Below, in pieces: positions 54,071-64,000 of a stretch of DNA of 64,000 nucleotides (positions within the stretch are counted from its first letter, which is position 1; each line of letters begins with the position of its first letter). Source of the stretch: Octopus sinensis (taxonomy: Eukaryota). The translations under genes and the position numbers were made by a program. The stretch spans positions 129,580,001 to 129,644,000 of the forward strand of contig NC_042999.1 of the NCBI RefSeq assembly GCF_006345805.1. The letters are read 5' to 3'. The notes below the pieces were generated by a model. The model saw only the letters and a program-made list of their open reading frames with translations, was not told the origin of the DNA and made no database searches.

Positions 54071-54101
<31 letters not shown>

Positions 54102-55029
54102 GTTCCATTTCACTAACACAATCTGGAATCTATTGAATCACTGAATGAGCTGACTGAAATTTTTTTTTTTTTTTTGCTTTACCAGCTGTCCATCCCTTTA
54201 TCATAGATTGTGTCCAATCTTGTATGTTAGAATTATTAATTATATAACCAGATATTCTGCTCTCCATCATAAACATAGGGCCATGAACAACAGTACTCTT
54301 TCCTTTAATTTTAACATTAAAAAAATAGTTGAATGGATAAAGTATTCAGCTCAAAAGTTTTGAGTTCTAACCTACTGCAAGTATTTCAGTAGAGCATTTA
54401 CAATTGAGGTAATATTACAGGTCAGTTGACAGAAGTGTAAGAATATCAAATGAAATGCCATGCAGTATTCAGTTATAGCCCTTCACTTTCTGAGTTCAAA
54501 TGCTGCTGAAGTCAAATTTGCCTTTCCTTCTTCTGATGTCAGTATCATCAGTACCAATCAATTGTTGATGAAGAGGTGAGAAAGGATCTTCAGATGTTGG
54601 GCCTCTCAGAGGAAATGACAATGGACTAAGACTTCTGGTGGTTTGCAATACTTGAGAAGACATGCCAAGCTAAATAAAATCATAGCTATCCATGCATACA
54701 GACATGTCCCCAACATCCTATTCTCTGTCAAGAGATCCTAGTTTTGTGGGTTCGTGCCACATAAAGGCACCTGTGCCAGTACTATGTAGAAGTGCCCTTG
54801 CCAGTGCCACGTAAAAGCGTCTGTGCTGGTGCCATGTAAAAGCATCCAGTACACTCTGTAAAGTGGTTGGCATTAAGAAAAGCATCCAGCCATAGAAACC
54901 ATGCCAAATTGAGTCTGGGCAACTATCCAGCTGGCTAACTCCTGTAAAACTGTCCAACCCATGCCAGCATGGAGAACAGACATTAAATGATGATGATGAT
55001 TACGATGAAACATATATTCAATACATATA

Positions 55030-55255
55030 TTCAATATTAACACATATACACGCCGGGCGAAATGCGTAGCCATATTTCGTCTGCTGTTATGCTCTGAGTT
55101 CAAATTCCGCTGAGGTCGACTTTGCCTTTCATCCTTTCAGGGTCGATAAATTAAGTACTAGTTACACACTGGGGTCGATGTAATCAACTTAATCCGTTTG
55201 TCTGTCCTTGTTTGTCCCCTCTCTGTTTAGTCCCTTGTGGGTAGTAAAGAAATAA
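55030..55255 (+). mobile_element. SINE family B (ctgagttcaaattccgctgaggtcgactttgcctttcatcc)
   Basis: Related, older copies at about 6410-6590, 6755-7160, 35338-35555, 41110-41320, 49820-50000 and 54420-54560. Confidence 0.75.
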
Positions 55256-55289
55256 ATATATATTAAGAAATATACATAGACATATATAC

Positions 55290-55522
55290 CTATGCTCATC
55301 AGTTATAGTTTCCACCTGCAACAAAGTGTCAGCTTTGGTACTGAAAAGATCCTTATCTTGTTCATAGACTGATTTAAGAATAAAATCCAGGCTGTCATTT
55401 GGAGCCAAGGGGTCGTGATAGAAAAATAGCCGCCGAGAGTTTTGTAATGTCCGTTTGTTATGCAAATTATTCCAAGGGTCAGCTTGTTGGGAAATATGGT
55501 ATGGTTCATGTTGAAGACATAC
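55290..55522 (-). CDS. CFAP276: CFAP276/C1orf194 coding exon 2
   Basis: Acceptor ttttcag|, donor AG|GTATAT; 233 nt, phase 0 to 2; encodes EPYHISQQADPWNNLHNKRTLQNSRR..YHDPLAPNDSLDFILKSVY, matching the C1orf194 core (PTHLAQQQEPWSRL..FDPEIPKDDLDF, from memory). Confidence 0.92.
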
Positions 55523-55857
55523 CTGAAAATTTGGAAAGATAAATAAGTAAGTATGACTGTGTAAGTTAAGAAGGATGTAAGTGTGTGGTAGACAAGTGCT
55601 AAAGTGTGTGTGTGAATGGGTGGATAGACAAAAAGTGGAATGAAGTGTATATGTAGACATTTATCAGGGTGTATTTGTGTGGAGGATTAGGTTTGGCTGT
55701 GTGATAAGAACTTTACATGCCAACAAAATGGTTCCAGGTTCAGCCCCACTGCCCACAGCATAGCACCATGAGGAAGTGTGTTCTACAATAGACCTGGGCC
55801 AACCAAAAACTTGTGAGTGGATTTCATAGCCAGAAGCTGAAAGAAGCTTATTATACA

Positions 55858-56692
55858 CTAGCAGAATTGCCCGGCGTTGAATTGCTTGAAAGTACTGTTA
55901 ATGATTGCACTGAATTATGATGATTATTCAGGCAAATATTGATATAAGTTTACGGTGGGAGATAAGGACTTAACGATCAAACGTGTGCCATTGCATTGCT
56001 TTCGGGGAACCAAATTTCTGATGAGCATTATAGGGGTACCAACTTTAAGTTTGAGAAAGTGTGGTGGTAGTCCGGGGTGCTCAAAGGAATTGAGTACCTC
56101 TATTGGATAGTTGATGACGTCCTCTGGGTCAGGAGTTGTATCGATAGACTGATATACATAGACTTCCCCAGGAATGAGTTTTAGCATTTCATCATTAATA
56201 TGGTGAACAGTTTTATTCCTCGGGGTCAGTATAGCCTTTTTGCCAATCCAATCCATATTCTGATAATTAGCTTGTAGATCTGGGAACACTGCATCTCTGA
56301 GATCAGAAGGCGTCTTAACAATGGTACAAATGGAATCGATGGCAATATTACCATTTTCATCCCCTGGTATTTTGCCTTCGCCAAGTGCAAGGAGGGTGTG
56401 AGGAAATGCTGCTGATGTGATATTACGTCGCATATGAGCACGCACATTGGTGTGAAGTTTGAGAGTTACTTCCCTTTATTTAAAGAAATATGCATTAAAA
56501 TGGCAAAAAATGATGGTAAATTATTTGTAAAATCGTAGACTCATCGTAGACATGCGCTAATACCCAGAAGGGCTCGATATAAATCACGACTATAAGATAC
56601 CCGGTTTTGGTTAAACTGCATCGCAAAATGTGGGAGTAGTTAGGAATCTAAATCGGAGTAGACAGACACACAACCTTTCTTTTATATATAAA
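55858..56692 (-). mobile_element. Helitron derivative with a PIF1 helicase fragment
   Basis: ORF 55924-56445 (AILTPRN, LPPHFLKLKVGTPIMLIRNL..CNGTRL); 3' CTAG|T at 55858; 5' end homologous to the copy at 63830. Confidence 0.9.
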
Positions 56693-56694
56693 TA

Positions 56695-57058
56695 TTTTCG
56701 TCCTAAAATACTTTGTATGGATTGAATGGTTACCTCTATGGAAATATATAAACGCACATTATACATACATGTGTGTATAGATGAATATATAAATACATTT
56801 AAATATCTATATACACTTTTGGGCGATCTTTGTGCTACTTAGAGATAACTTTAGATCTTATTTGCGTCCTAAAAAACTTTGTGCGGAGTGAATGGTTACG
56901 TCTTTGGAAATATATACACACACATTATACATACATCTGTGTATAGATGAATATATAAATACATTTAAATATCTATATACACTTTTGGGCGATCTTTCTG
57001 CTACTTGGATATACTTTAGATCTTATATTCGTCCTAAAAAACTTTGTATGAATTGAAA
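56695..57058. repeat. Tandem repeat, about 166-bp unit, 2.2 copies
   Basis: cgtcctaaaa recurs at 56699, 56865 and 57030 with colinear flanks. Confidence 0.85.
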
Positions 57059-57262
57059 AAGAAAATGAATTGAAATTTTTAAGAAAGGAATTTGTTTACA
57101 TACATGTGTCAAATGGCAAATGTTTGTGCAGTTGTCCGAAATGGAACCAGGGTAAATGTGTGGAACTGATGTATTATAATGAATATTCCTTCTTGTTGTG
57201 AATATTAATTTGATTAATATGAACTGAAAACCAGTGGTGTAGCACATAAGACCATAGGTGAT

Positions 57263-58006
57263 CTAGCAAAAAGGATGACCAGTCTGACTGGCTCATCCCT
57301 GTCACACACTCACACACATGCACACACACACACGCACCCTCACACATACACTCACACACACGCACACACACACACACGTTAGCTTACAATTTTATTTATA
57401 TATTTGCGTGTCTATGTGTGTAAAGAGGAAGTGGGAGTAATATGCAGAGTGAAAGAGTGAAATGGTAAAATATTTAGTTTTCTCAAATTTTTTCTGAAAT
57501 GGGGGTGAAATTGAAAGAAATTTTGTATGCCATGACCGAATGGAAGTACTTTGAAAAATCATAGGTAAACTCTAATTGAAGAAATTGTGTGAGGAGTAAA
57601 TCGTTATGTATTTATTTGTTTCTGTTTGCTGTGTTGTTTTTTTTTAGTAGTGGTTTAAGGTACACTTCTCTCGTTTTATATAAATACTTTCACTTTAATC
57701 GTTGCACACTTGCAAAGAGAAAGGAGGAGAAATTAGAGTGATAGCATGAGTGAAGCATTTCGCTCCGTTTGTGTGTGTGTGTGTTGTAGCCCACACTAAG
57801 AAAAGCACTTCACTTACACACCACAATGTGAGTTTTCTCGAAATTTTGCTTAATTGGGGGTGAAATTTGAAAAACTGTACCTGGCACGACCCGATGTATT
57901 CTACTCTTAAAAATGCTAGGTAAATTGTAATTGAAGAAATCCTATATTGTAGATTTCTATAAGAGACAAAGGGAGGCAGATAAAATCTGCCTTTTATAAT
58001 AAGAGA
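57263..58006 (-). mobile_element. Non-autonomous Helitron-like element
   Basis: 5' A|TCTCTTATTATAAAAGGC; 3' hairpin GGATGAGCCAGTC..GACTGGTCATCC followed by CTAG; internal duplication. Confidence 0.6.
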
Positions 58007-58159
58007 TGTGTGTGTGTGTGTGCATGCACATGCATGCGTGTGTGTGTGTGTGTACGTGTGTCTGTACAAATGTATCTGCTGTGTGTCTTTTGTGTTTGTC
58101 CCCCATCACTATTTTACAACCAGTGTTTCGGTCACCATAACATTTTACAATTTTAGAGG

Positions 58160-59240
58160 TGCAGGTGAAAAACGCATTTGGCCAAATTTGGAACAATACT
58201 TTAGACAGGGCCATTAGAACAAAGAAACAGGCTTGGGAGGCCTGGAAGAGTTGGGGTAGCACAAGAATGTATCAGATAGCCAAAAGGGAAGCTAGGAGAC
58301 AGGCATATATATAGCCAAGGGTGTAGCAGAAAAGAAGAAGTTTGCCAATGTTCAGCAACGTGAAGATCAAAGAACTGAAGTATTTTGGATTGCAAGACAG
58401 TGTGTGAGAGAAAACCGTGATGTCATAGGAGAGAAATGTGTCTGCATGGATGATAGTGCCCTAGCATTTCATGATTCTGCAAAGAAAGAGGCTTGGAGAT
58501 GCCATATTGAAAGACTGCTGAATGTGGAGAATGAATGGAGGAGGTGAGTCTGCCAAAGGTTGACCCAATTGAGGGACCAGCTACCAAAATCAACAGTACC
58601 CTGGTAGATTAAGCAATTAAAGATATAAAGACAGGGAAAGCACCTGACCGATTAGGAATCACTGCTGAGATGATTAAAATATCAGGCGGTGTGGGTTATA
58701 GTCTTGTCACCTGCATCGTAAATCAGGTAGTTCATGAAAGATTCATACCTAATCAACTGCTACAAGGGCAAAGGTAATGTTTTAGATAGAAATAACTACA
58801 GGGGTATCAAATTATTGAATCAGGTGATGAAAGTTACAGAGAGGGTCACAGCCCAACTAATTAGGAAGAGAGTTAGCCTAGATGAGATGCAGTTAGGTTT
58901 TGTGTCGTGCAGAAGCACCACTTATGCTATATTTCTGGTAAGGCAATTGCAGGAGAAATATCTAACCAAAGATAAACCTCTGTACTTGGCTTTTGTTGAC
59001 ATGGAGAAAGCCTTTGACTTTGTACCCTGATCCCTTATCTGGTGGTCAATGCAGAAACTGGGGATAGACGAGTGGTTGGTAAGAGCTGTACAAGCTCTGT
59101 ACAGGGATGCTGTCAGTAAGGTGAGGGTTGGCAATGAGTATAGGAAATAATTCCGAGTAGAAGTAGGGGTTCACCAAAAATCAGTCCTCAGCCTCCTATT
59201 ATTCATTATAGTCCTCCAGGCAATAACAGAGGAATTCAAG
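58160..59240 (+). mobile_element. RTE LINE ORF2 fragment
   Basis: YKGKG..NNYRGIKLL, RSTTYAIFLVRQLQEKY, LAFVDMEKAFD, GVHQKSVLSLLLF. Confidence 0.9.
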
Positions 59241-59282
59241 AAATTATTTCCTCGATTTTTTTTTCTCAGCTGACACACAGAC

Positions 59283-59285
<3 letters not shown>

Positions 59286-59344
<59 letters not shown>
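59286..59344. repeat. (CA)n microsatellite; others at 13982-14038 (AAT), 16729-16815, 59745-59842 and 61114-61213
   Basis: Direct reading of the sequence. Confidence 0.95.
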
Positions 59345-59346
<2 letters not shown>

Positions 59347-59758
59347 TAACATAAGTTGGCCACAGCATGGTCACAGCCTCAGGGCTGAAACATATAAAAG
59401 AATAAAAGAATAAGCGATTCGTGAAAAGAAAAGAAAAACGATGTGTACTTAGGCACAGTGAGTGTGTTTGACTGTTCGTGGGTATGAAAGACAATGGGTA
59501 TGTGTATGTTTGTGTGTACGCCCGTGTTACACTGTTCAACCGGGGGGAAAATTAAAGCGATAAAAAAGTTTTTACAGAAATTGGATAAAATAGAACGATT
59601 TTCATTTTCACTTTTGTGAGACCATCTCTCGTGTATCTGAATGAATGCATATATAAGTTCTGAATATTTTTCTTAATTCAATTTAATATCTGCCGCTTAG
59701 TTTGTGTTTTTATTTATTCACAGCACGTGCCAAACCCAAACGTATGTGTGTCTGTGTC

Positions 59759-59798
<40 letters not shown>

Positions 59799-60114
59799 TG
59801 CGTGCGTGCGTGCGTGCGTGTGTGTGTGCGTGTGTGTGTGTGTTGCAGGAACCTGTGCAATTGAGTGCACGCGCGCCTGCGTGTGAAAGAAGTACGTTTG
59901 CATTTGTGTCTACTGCTGTTTGGAATGTAAATATTTCTTCGTGATTTATCGGTAGCCAAGCTGATTTTCATTGTGTTTTTAATCGAACATTTCTCAAAGC
60001 TGCTAATTAACGACTTGCTGAAACTTATCTAAAATCTATACATTCCTATACACACAATCAGAAATTATTATAAATGTTAAAAGGCAATAACAAGAATAAA
60101 CAAAATTATCAAAC

Positions 60115-60201
60115 CTGTTCTTTTTTTATTCCAGATAATTCTTCATCATTAGCTTGTCGAGGGAAAGGGAAGGGATCGCGTCCTCTTTTGAATGATGACA
60201 T
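60115..60201 (-). CDS. CFAP276: CFAP276/C1orf194 coding exon 1 (MSSFKRGRDPFPFPRQANDEELSGIKKEQ)
   Basis: ATG at 60201; RDPFPFP..ND motif resembles the C1orf194 N-terminus (RDPF..P.LDND, from memory); donor CAG|GTTTGA, phase 0, matches exon 2. Confidence 0.85.
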
Positions 60202-60427
60202 GATTGATTTATCAACGTTACCCTAAAATACTATAACTTTGGTATTTTTACTTATATTTTCATTTGTGACATACATATATATTAACTCGATTCTTTCGTC
60301 GAAAGTAAAAATAAGAAGTGGTTTACATGATTAGGTAATATATTACTTCTAACAACACATTTTCTATGTGAGTCCTTCTTCCCACTTTTTGTGTCTAGGC
60401 ATTTTGAGCTGGACGCTCCTGAAGTTA

Positions 60428-60497
60428 GTTTCTAAGGACAACCGAAGTGGGACAACAAACAATATAGTAACGTTTCCTTGGTGAATGCTGTAAACAA
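60428..60497. promoter_or_regulatory. RFX X-box-like and forkhead (FOXJ1-type) motifs upstream of CFAP276
   Basis: GTTTCTAAGGACAAC (60428-60442), GTTTCCTTGGTGAA (60472-60485), GTAAACAA (60490-60497), about 230-300 bp upstream of the ATG. Confidence 0.5.
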
Positions 60498-60927
60498 TCT
60501 AGTTGATATTTGAGTTGAAAAAGTTGGTTGCTAAAAAGTCAGCTGCCTGACTTGAATAGTTTATAAGTAATTCTTAACAGATTTCTGTTGCATAAACAGA
60601 ACTTGAAACAATTCACGCGCGCGCGCACACACGCACACACACATACAGACACACACACCATACCTGACACATCAATATTTATGACAAGCTTACTAGTTGA
60701 ATAATTGCTCATAAAATGATCACTTGTGGTTTTTTCGTTTTACTATTAGCATTTTTGAAACTTTTATTGATTTGCACTCTTAGAGGAAACTTTCTTTTTT
60801 CGTTACTCATGTTTACAAGTGTGGCTGTAAAGTTTTAAGTCTCAAAATCTTCCAGTCCATAGTCAAGGGTATTGTCGAGTTTTCATTTTCTACTGAAAAA
60901 CAAGAATTAAAAAAAAAATTAATGCCT

Positions 60928-60986
60928 TATAATGGGGACCCGACGTGGAACACAGACACTGTGTTCCACGTCGGGTCACCATTATA
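60928..60986. repeat. Near-perfect hairpin, 28-bp stem with 3-nt loop
   Basis: tataatggggacccgacgtggaacacag-aca-ctgtgttccacgtcgggtcaccattata; one mismatch. Confidence 0.95.
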
Positions 60987-61141
60987 GACGATTAGGTTGT
61001 GGAGCCATCTAACGTGACTCTACTCAGAAGGCTGTAAAATCATTTGACAAGAACACGGTATAAAGAAATACATGGAACAAGGTGGTAACTTTAAATACCT
61101 TTAATGTGGACCTCACACACACACAGACACACACACACACG

Positions 61142-61193
<52 letters not shown>

Positions 61194-61629
61194 ACACACA
61201 CACACACACACACATGCAAGCTGAATGATAAATGGAAATGGCTGATGAACATTTATTCATATATCTACATGCATCTGCGTGGGTTGTATGTTTGCTGTCA
61301 ACCATGGTGAGGTAGCTCACGAATAACGATATGTTAGAACCTGTGCAGTGTTGTTGGTGCTGTGTAGAGTTGACGACGTTGGTGAGAGACATGATGGATG
61401 GTGGCGACGAAGATGAAGGTTGCTGTATTGCTGTTGGATGAGGGTTGTCTGGCGTCGTCGCTGGAACTGGCTGTCATGTGGTCAGTGGTTAGACCTTAGA
61501 AGGTCTGAAACCAGCAGTATTTTATTAATTTGGCCATGAAAGCTGTACATAGAGGGGACAGCACAAGGTGGGGACAAAAAACAAAACGAATGGAAAGGTT
61601 GCATAAAATATAATGAAAGATGAAATGAA

Positions 61630-62130
61630 GCCGTTCGGCCCCACCTCCGAGCGACTTCATTTCCTTCTCGCTCTCGTGTTTCTCTTTATTCTTCGCGGGT
61701 GATGGAGGACAGTCCGCTCTAATGTGGCCTGAAAAGCCACATTTATAGCACCGCGGGATCCTTCCTTCTACTCTGAGTGTTACCTCTCCGACCGTGATGG
61801 TCTCGACCATGTTTTCGATGTCTTCCGCGGCCGCCTGTAGTATCATGTTCAGGTTTTGTCCCTGCCAGTTCCTGTGGAGTGTTTTGGTGACCTGAAGGAC
61901 TACTGTCTTCTTCATGCCCAGCAGTATCGCAGCTACTAGCCAGCCACATCAATTTCTGGGGATGTCTCTTCTACCCTAACCCTGGAAGCACGTCTCCCAA
62001 GGTATACGGGTAGAAGCACCACTTCATCTGTTTTAACGGTGTTGCTGAGTGCAGCCTGGCAGTAGCTACCTCCCGAAACTGCACCTCCACTGTTCCAAAC
62101 TTTTTTTTCTCTGGCAAGGTAGGAAATCCC
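61630..62130 (-). mobile_element. LINE ORF1/gag-like remnant (L1/Tx1-like) with a zinc knuckle
   Basis: RCYKCGFSGHIRADC (CX2CX4HX4C); frameshifted upstream. Confidence 0.65.
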
Positions 62131-62138
62131 TTGCCAGA

Positions 62139-62701
62139 TTGTAAGTTTAACGTAGTTTAATTTTTCGAATTTTAACCAATCCTATGCCCTCTATTGAGCT
62201 AAAATCATTTGCTGCGTCTAAAACAGACAACATCCTGTCACTAACCCTAACCCTAAATTTTAGCCTTTCGTTTTGTTTTTCTTAATTGTTAAATTAATTT
62301 AAGGATAACAATTAAGAAAAAAAAAACGAAAGGCTAAAACGAAAGCAAAAACTCAAAACAAAAACAAAACGAATGATTTTAGACACACGCGTAACAATTA
62401 GATTAATTTAACAATTAAGAAAAAAAAAAACGAAAGGCTAAAATTTAGGGTTAGGGTTAGGGTTAGTGACAGGATGATGTCTCGGTTTTAGACGCAGCAA
62501 ATGATTTTAGCTCAATAGAGGGAATAGGATTGGTTAAAATTCGAAAAATTAAACTACGTTAAACTTACAAAATTACAATTTTCTCAAGAAAGCCAAGAGA
62601 AAAAAATGTTTTATTTTGACACGTTCTACCAGTATACGAAGTTTAAGTGTTTAGTTAACTAGAAATTGTGTTGAAAACTGCCGTTCAAAAGGAAAAGATC
62701 C
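62139..62701. mobile_element. Foldback DNA transposon derivative with internal (TTAGGG)n, left end truncated
   Basis: Inverted arms 62139-62299 / 62402-62570; right terminus GAAAAGATCC is shared with 33319-33433. Confidence 0.75.
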
Positions 62702-62999
62702 TATTATTTTGTTTATAGTATTTAAATAAAATGTGAATTCTTTTTCCATTCACTTTTCTTTTTCTAAGCTAAAATTGTGACTTTTTCTCCTGTGACTATA
62801 TACGGACATCCTGTTGATAAGCTGTTTTGACTTCGTTGGCATTCCGTCTCACCGAAGTATCAGACGAAACCTGTATGCTCAGCCGTTCAAGTGGTTTAAT
62901 CACACGGTTACCTGGGTAATGCTGTTAATACTTTGGGGTGCCTAACAGAGTTTACAGGCGAATGCCAGTATCTCCTGGTGCGATGTATGATCGAAGGGT

Positions 63000-63310
63000 A
63001 GTGGAAGCACGAGGTTAAGTGGTTGGAGTACTCGGTTCAAGACCGTAAAGCGTCGTGGCAATGCGTCGTGTCCTTGAGCAAGACACTTTATTTCACGCTG
63101 TTCCAGTCCATTCAGCTGCAAAGAATAAGTTGTACTTGTATTTCAGCGGGTCAGCCTTGTCACATTTTGTATCACGCTAAATCTCTCTGAGAATTACATT
63201 ACGGATACGCGTGTCAGTGGAGCGCTTAGCACGTTAATTTCACAAACTGGCTCTTCCGTTCATCGGATCAGCTAGAATCTTCGTAGTAGTAACCGACGGA
63301 TGAGTGCCAA
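63000..63310 (+). mobile_element. SINE family C
   Basis: Colinear with 20885-21200. Confidence 0.75.
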
Positions 63311-63496
63311 GATAGTGTCAGTTCCATTTTATTTTATTTATTTTCTGATTACATTACTTTTTTTTTTACCATTTACCTTTGCAAATTGTATTGTTTTCCA
63401 ATAAAGTAGTCATAAAAAACAAATTGTAAATGACCGTATGTGTATGCATGTGTGCATGCGTAATACGTGCCTCTGTGGTGTGTGTATGTATGTATG

Positions 63497-63527
<31 letters not shown>

Positions 63528-63829
63528 CCGGTACTTACGGTACCTATACCGAAGGATCGCCATATATATATATATACTTATATATATTACTAATTTTTCT
63601 TTTCTCGCTCACTAAGAACAAACTTTCCACACGTCGTTTTCTTTCCTACTTTCATTAAGAGTACTTAAAATAATCAGCAATATTATTTAATATCTAAACA
63701 CTCTACAAGGCATAAATAAATAGTTCATAGATAAAATAGGGAAACACGGTACAACAAATTAGTTGAAAAAAAATACCTCATGAAATAAATGAATAAATAT
63801 TTACGTAAAATATATTTCAAATTATGAAA

Positions 63830-64000
63830 TCTTTATATATAAAAGTGAGGTTGTGTGCTGTCTGTCTCCTACGATTTAGATTCCTAACTACTCTCACATT
63901 TTGCGGTGCAGTTTAACCAAAACCGGGTATCTTATAGTCGTGATTCATATCGAGCCCTTCTGGGTATTAGCGCGCGTCTACGATGAGTCTACGATTTAAA
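63830..64000 (+). mobile_element. Helitron 5' end (same family as 55858-56692), runs off the window
   Basis: A|TCTTTATATATAAAAG start; near-identical reverse complement of about 56525-56692. Confidence 0.85.

Noticed and set aside
55924-56445. Host PIF1 helicase gene
   Set aside because: Truncated, intronless and bounded by Helitron termini

Overview
AT-rich, repeat-dense eukaryotic DNA. The SINE families, TTAGGG-bearing repeats and microsatellites look like a coleoid cephalopod, probably Octopus (recognised from memory, not database-checked). One complete spliced gene was assembled by hand on the minus strand: CFAP276/C1orf194, a motile-cilia microtubule inner protein. It has 4 coding exons (60115-60201, 55290-55522, 50725-50843, 39283-39353), 169 aa, consistent phases, and RFX X-box-like and forkhead-like motifs upstream. 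An isolated, well-bounded 201-nt Cys-rich exon (18346-18546, minus) points to a second, unidentified gene. The rest is nested transposon debris: tRNA-derived SINEs, RTE/CR1/I-group/L1-like LINE fragments, three mariners, a hAT with intact TSDs, Helitrons, three solo LTRs with TSDs, piggyBac/hAT/Merlin-like MITEs, Penelope-like ends with hammerhead-like cores, and a tRNA-Asp pseudogene. The most unusual items are: a frame-preserving 48/45-bp minisatellite made from the reverse-transcriptase YADD catalytic segment; a potential recursive splice site at CFAP276 exon 2; several long foldback hairpins in CFAP276 introns; and a near-perfect 28-bp hairpin upstream of the gene. I found no convincing multi-gene novel system; most ORFs in the track are repeat or microsatellite artefacts.
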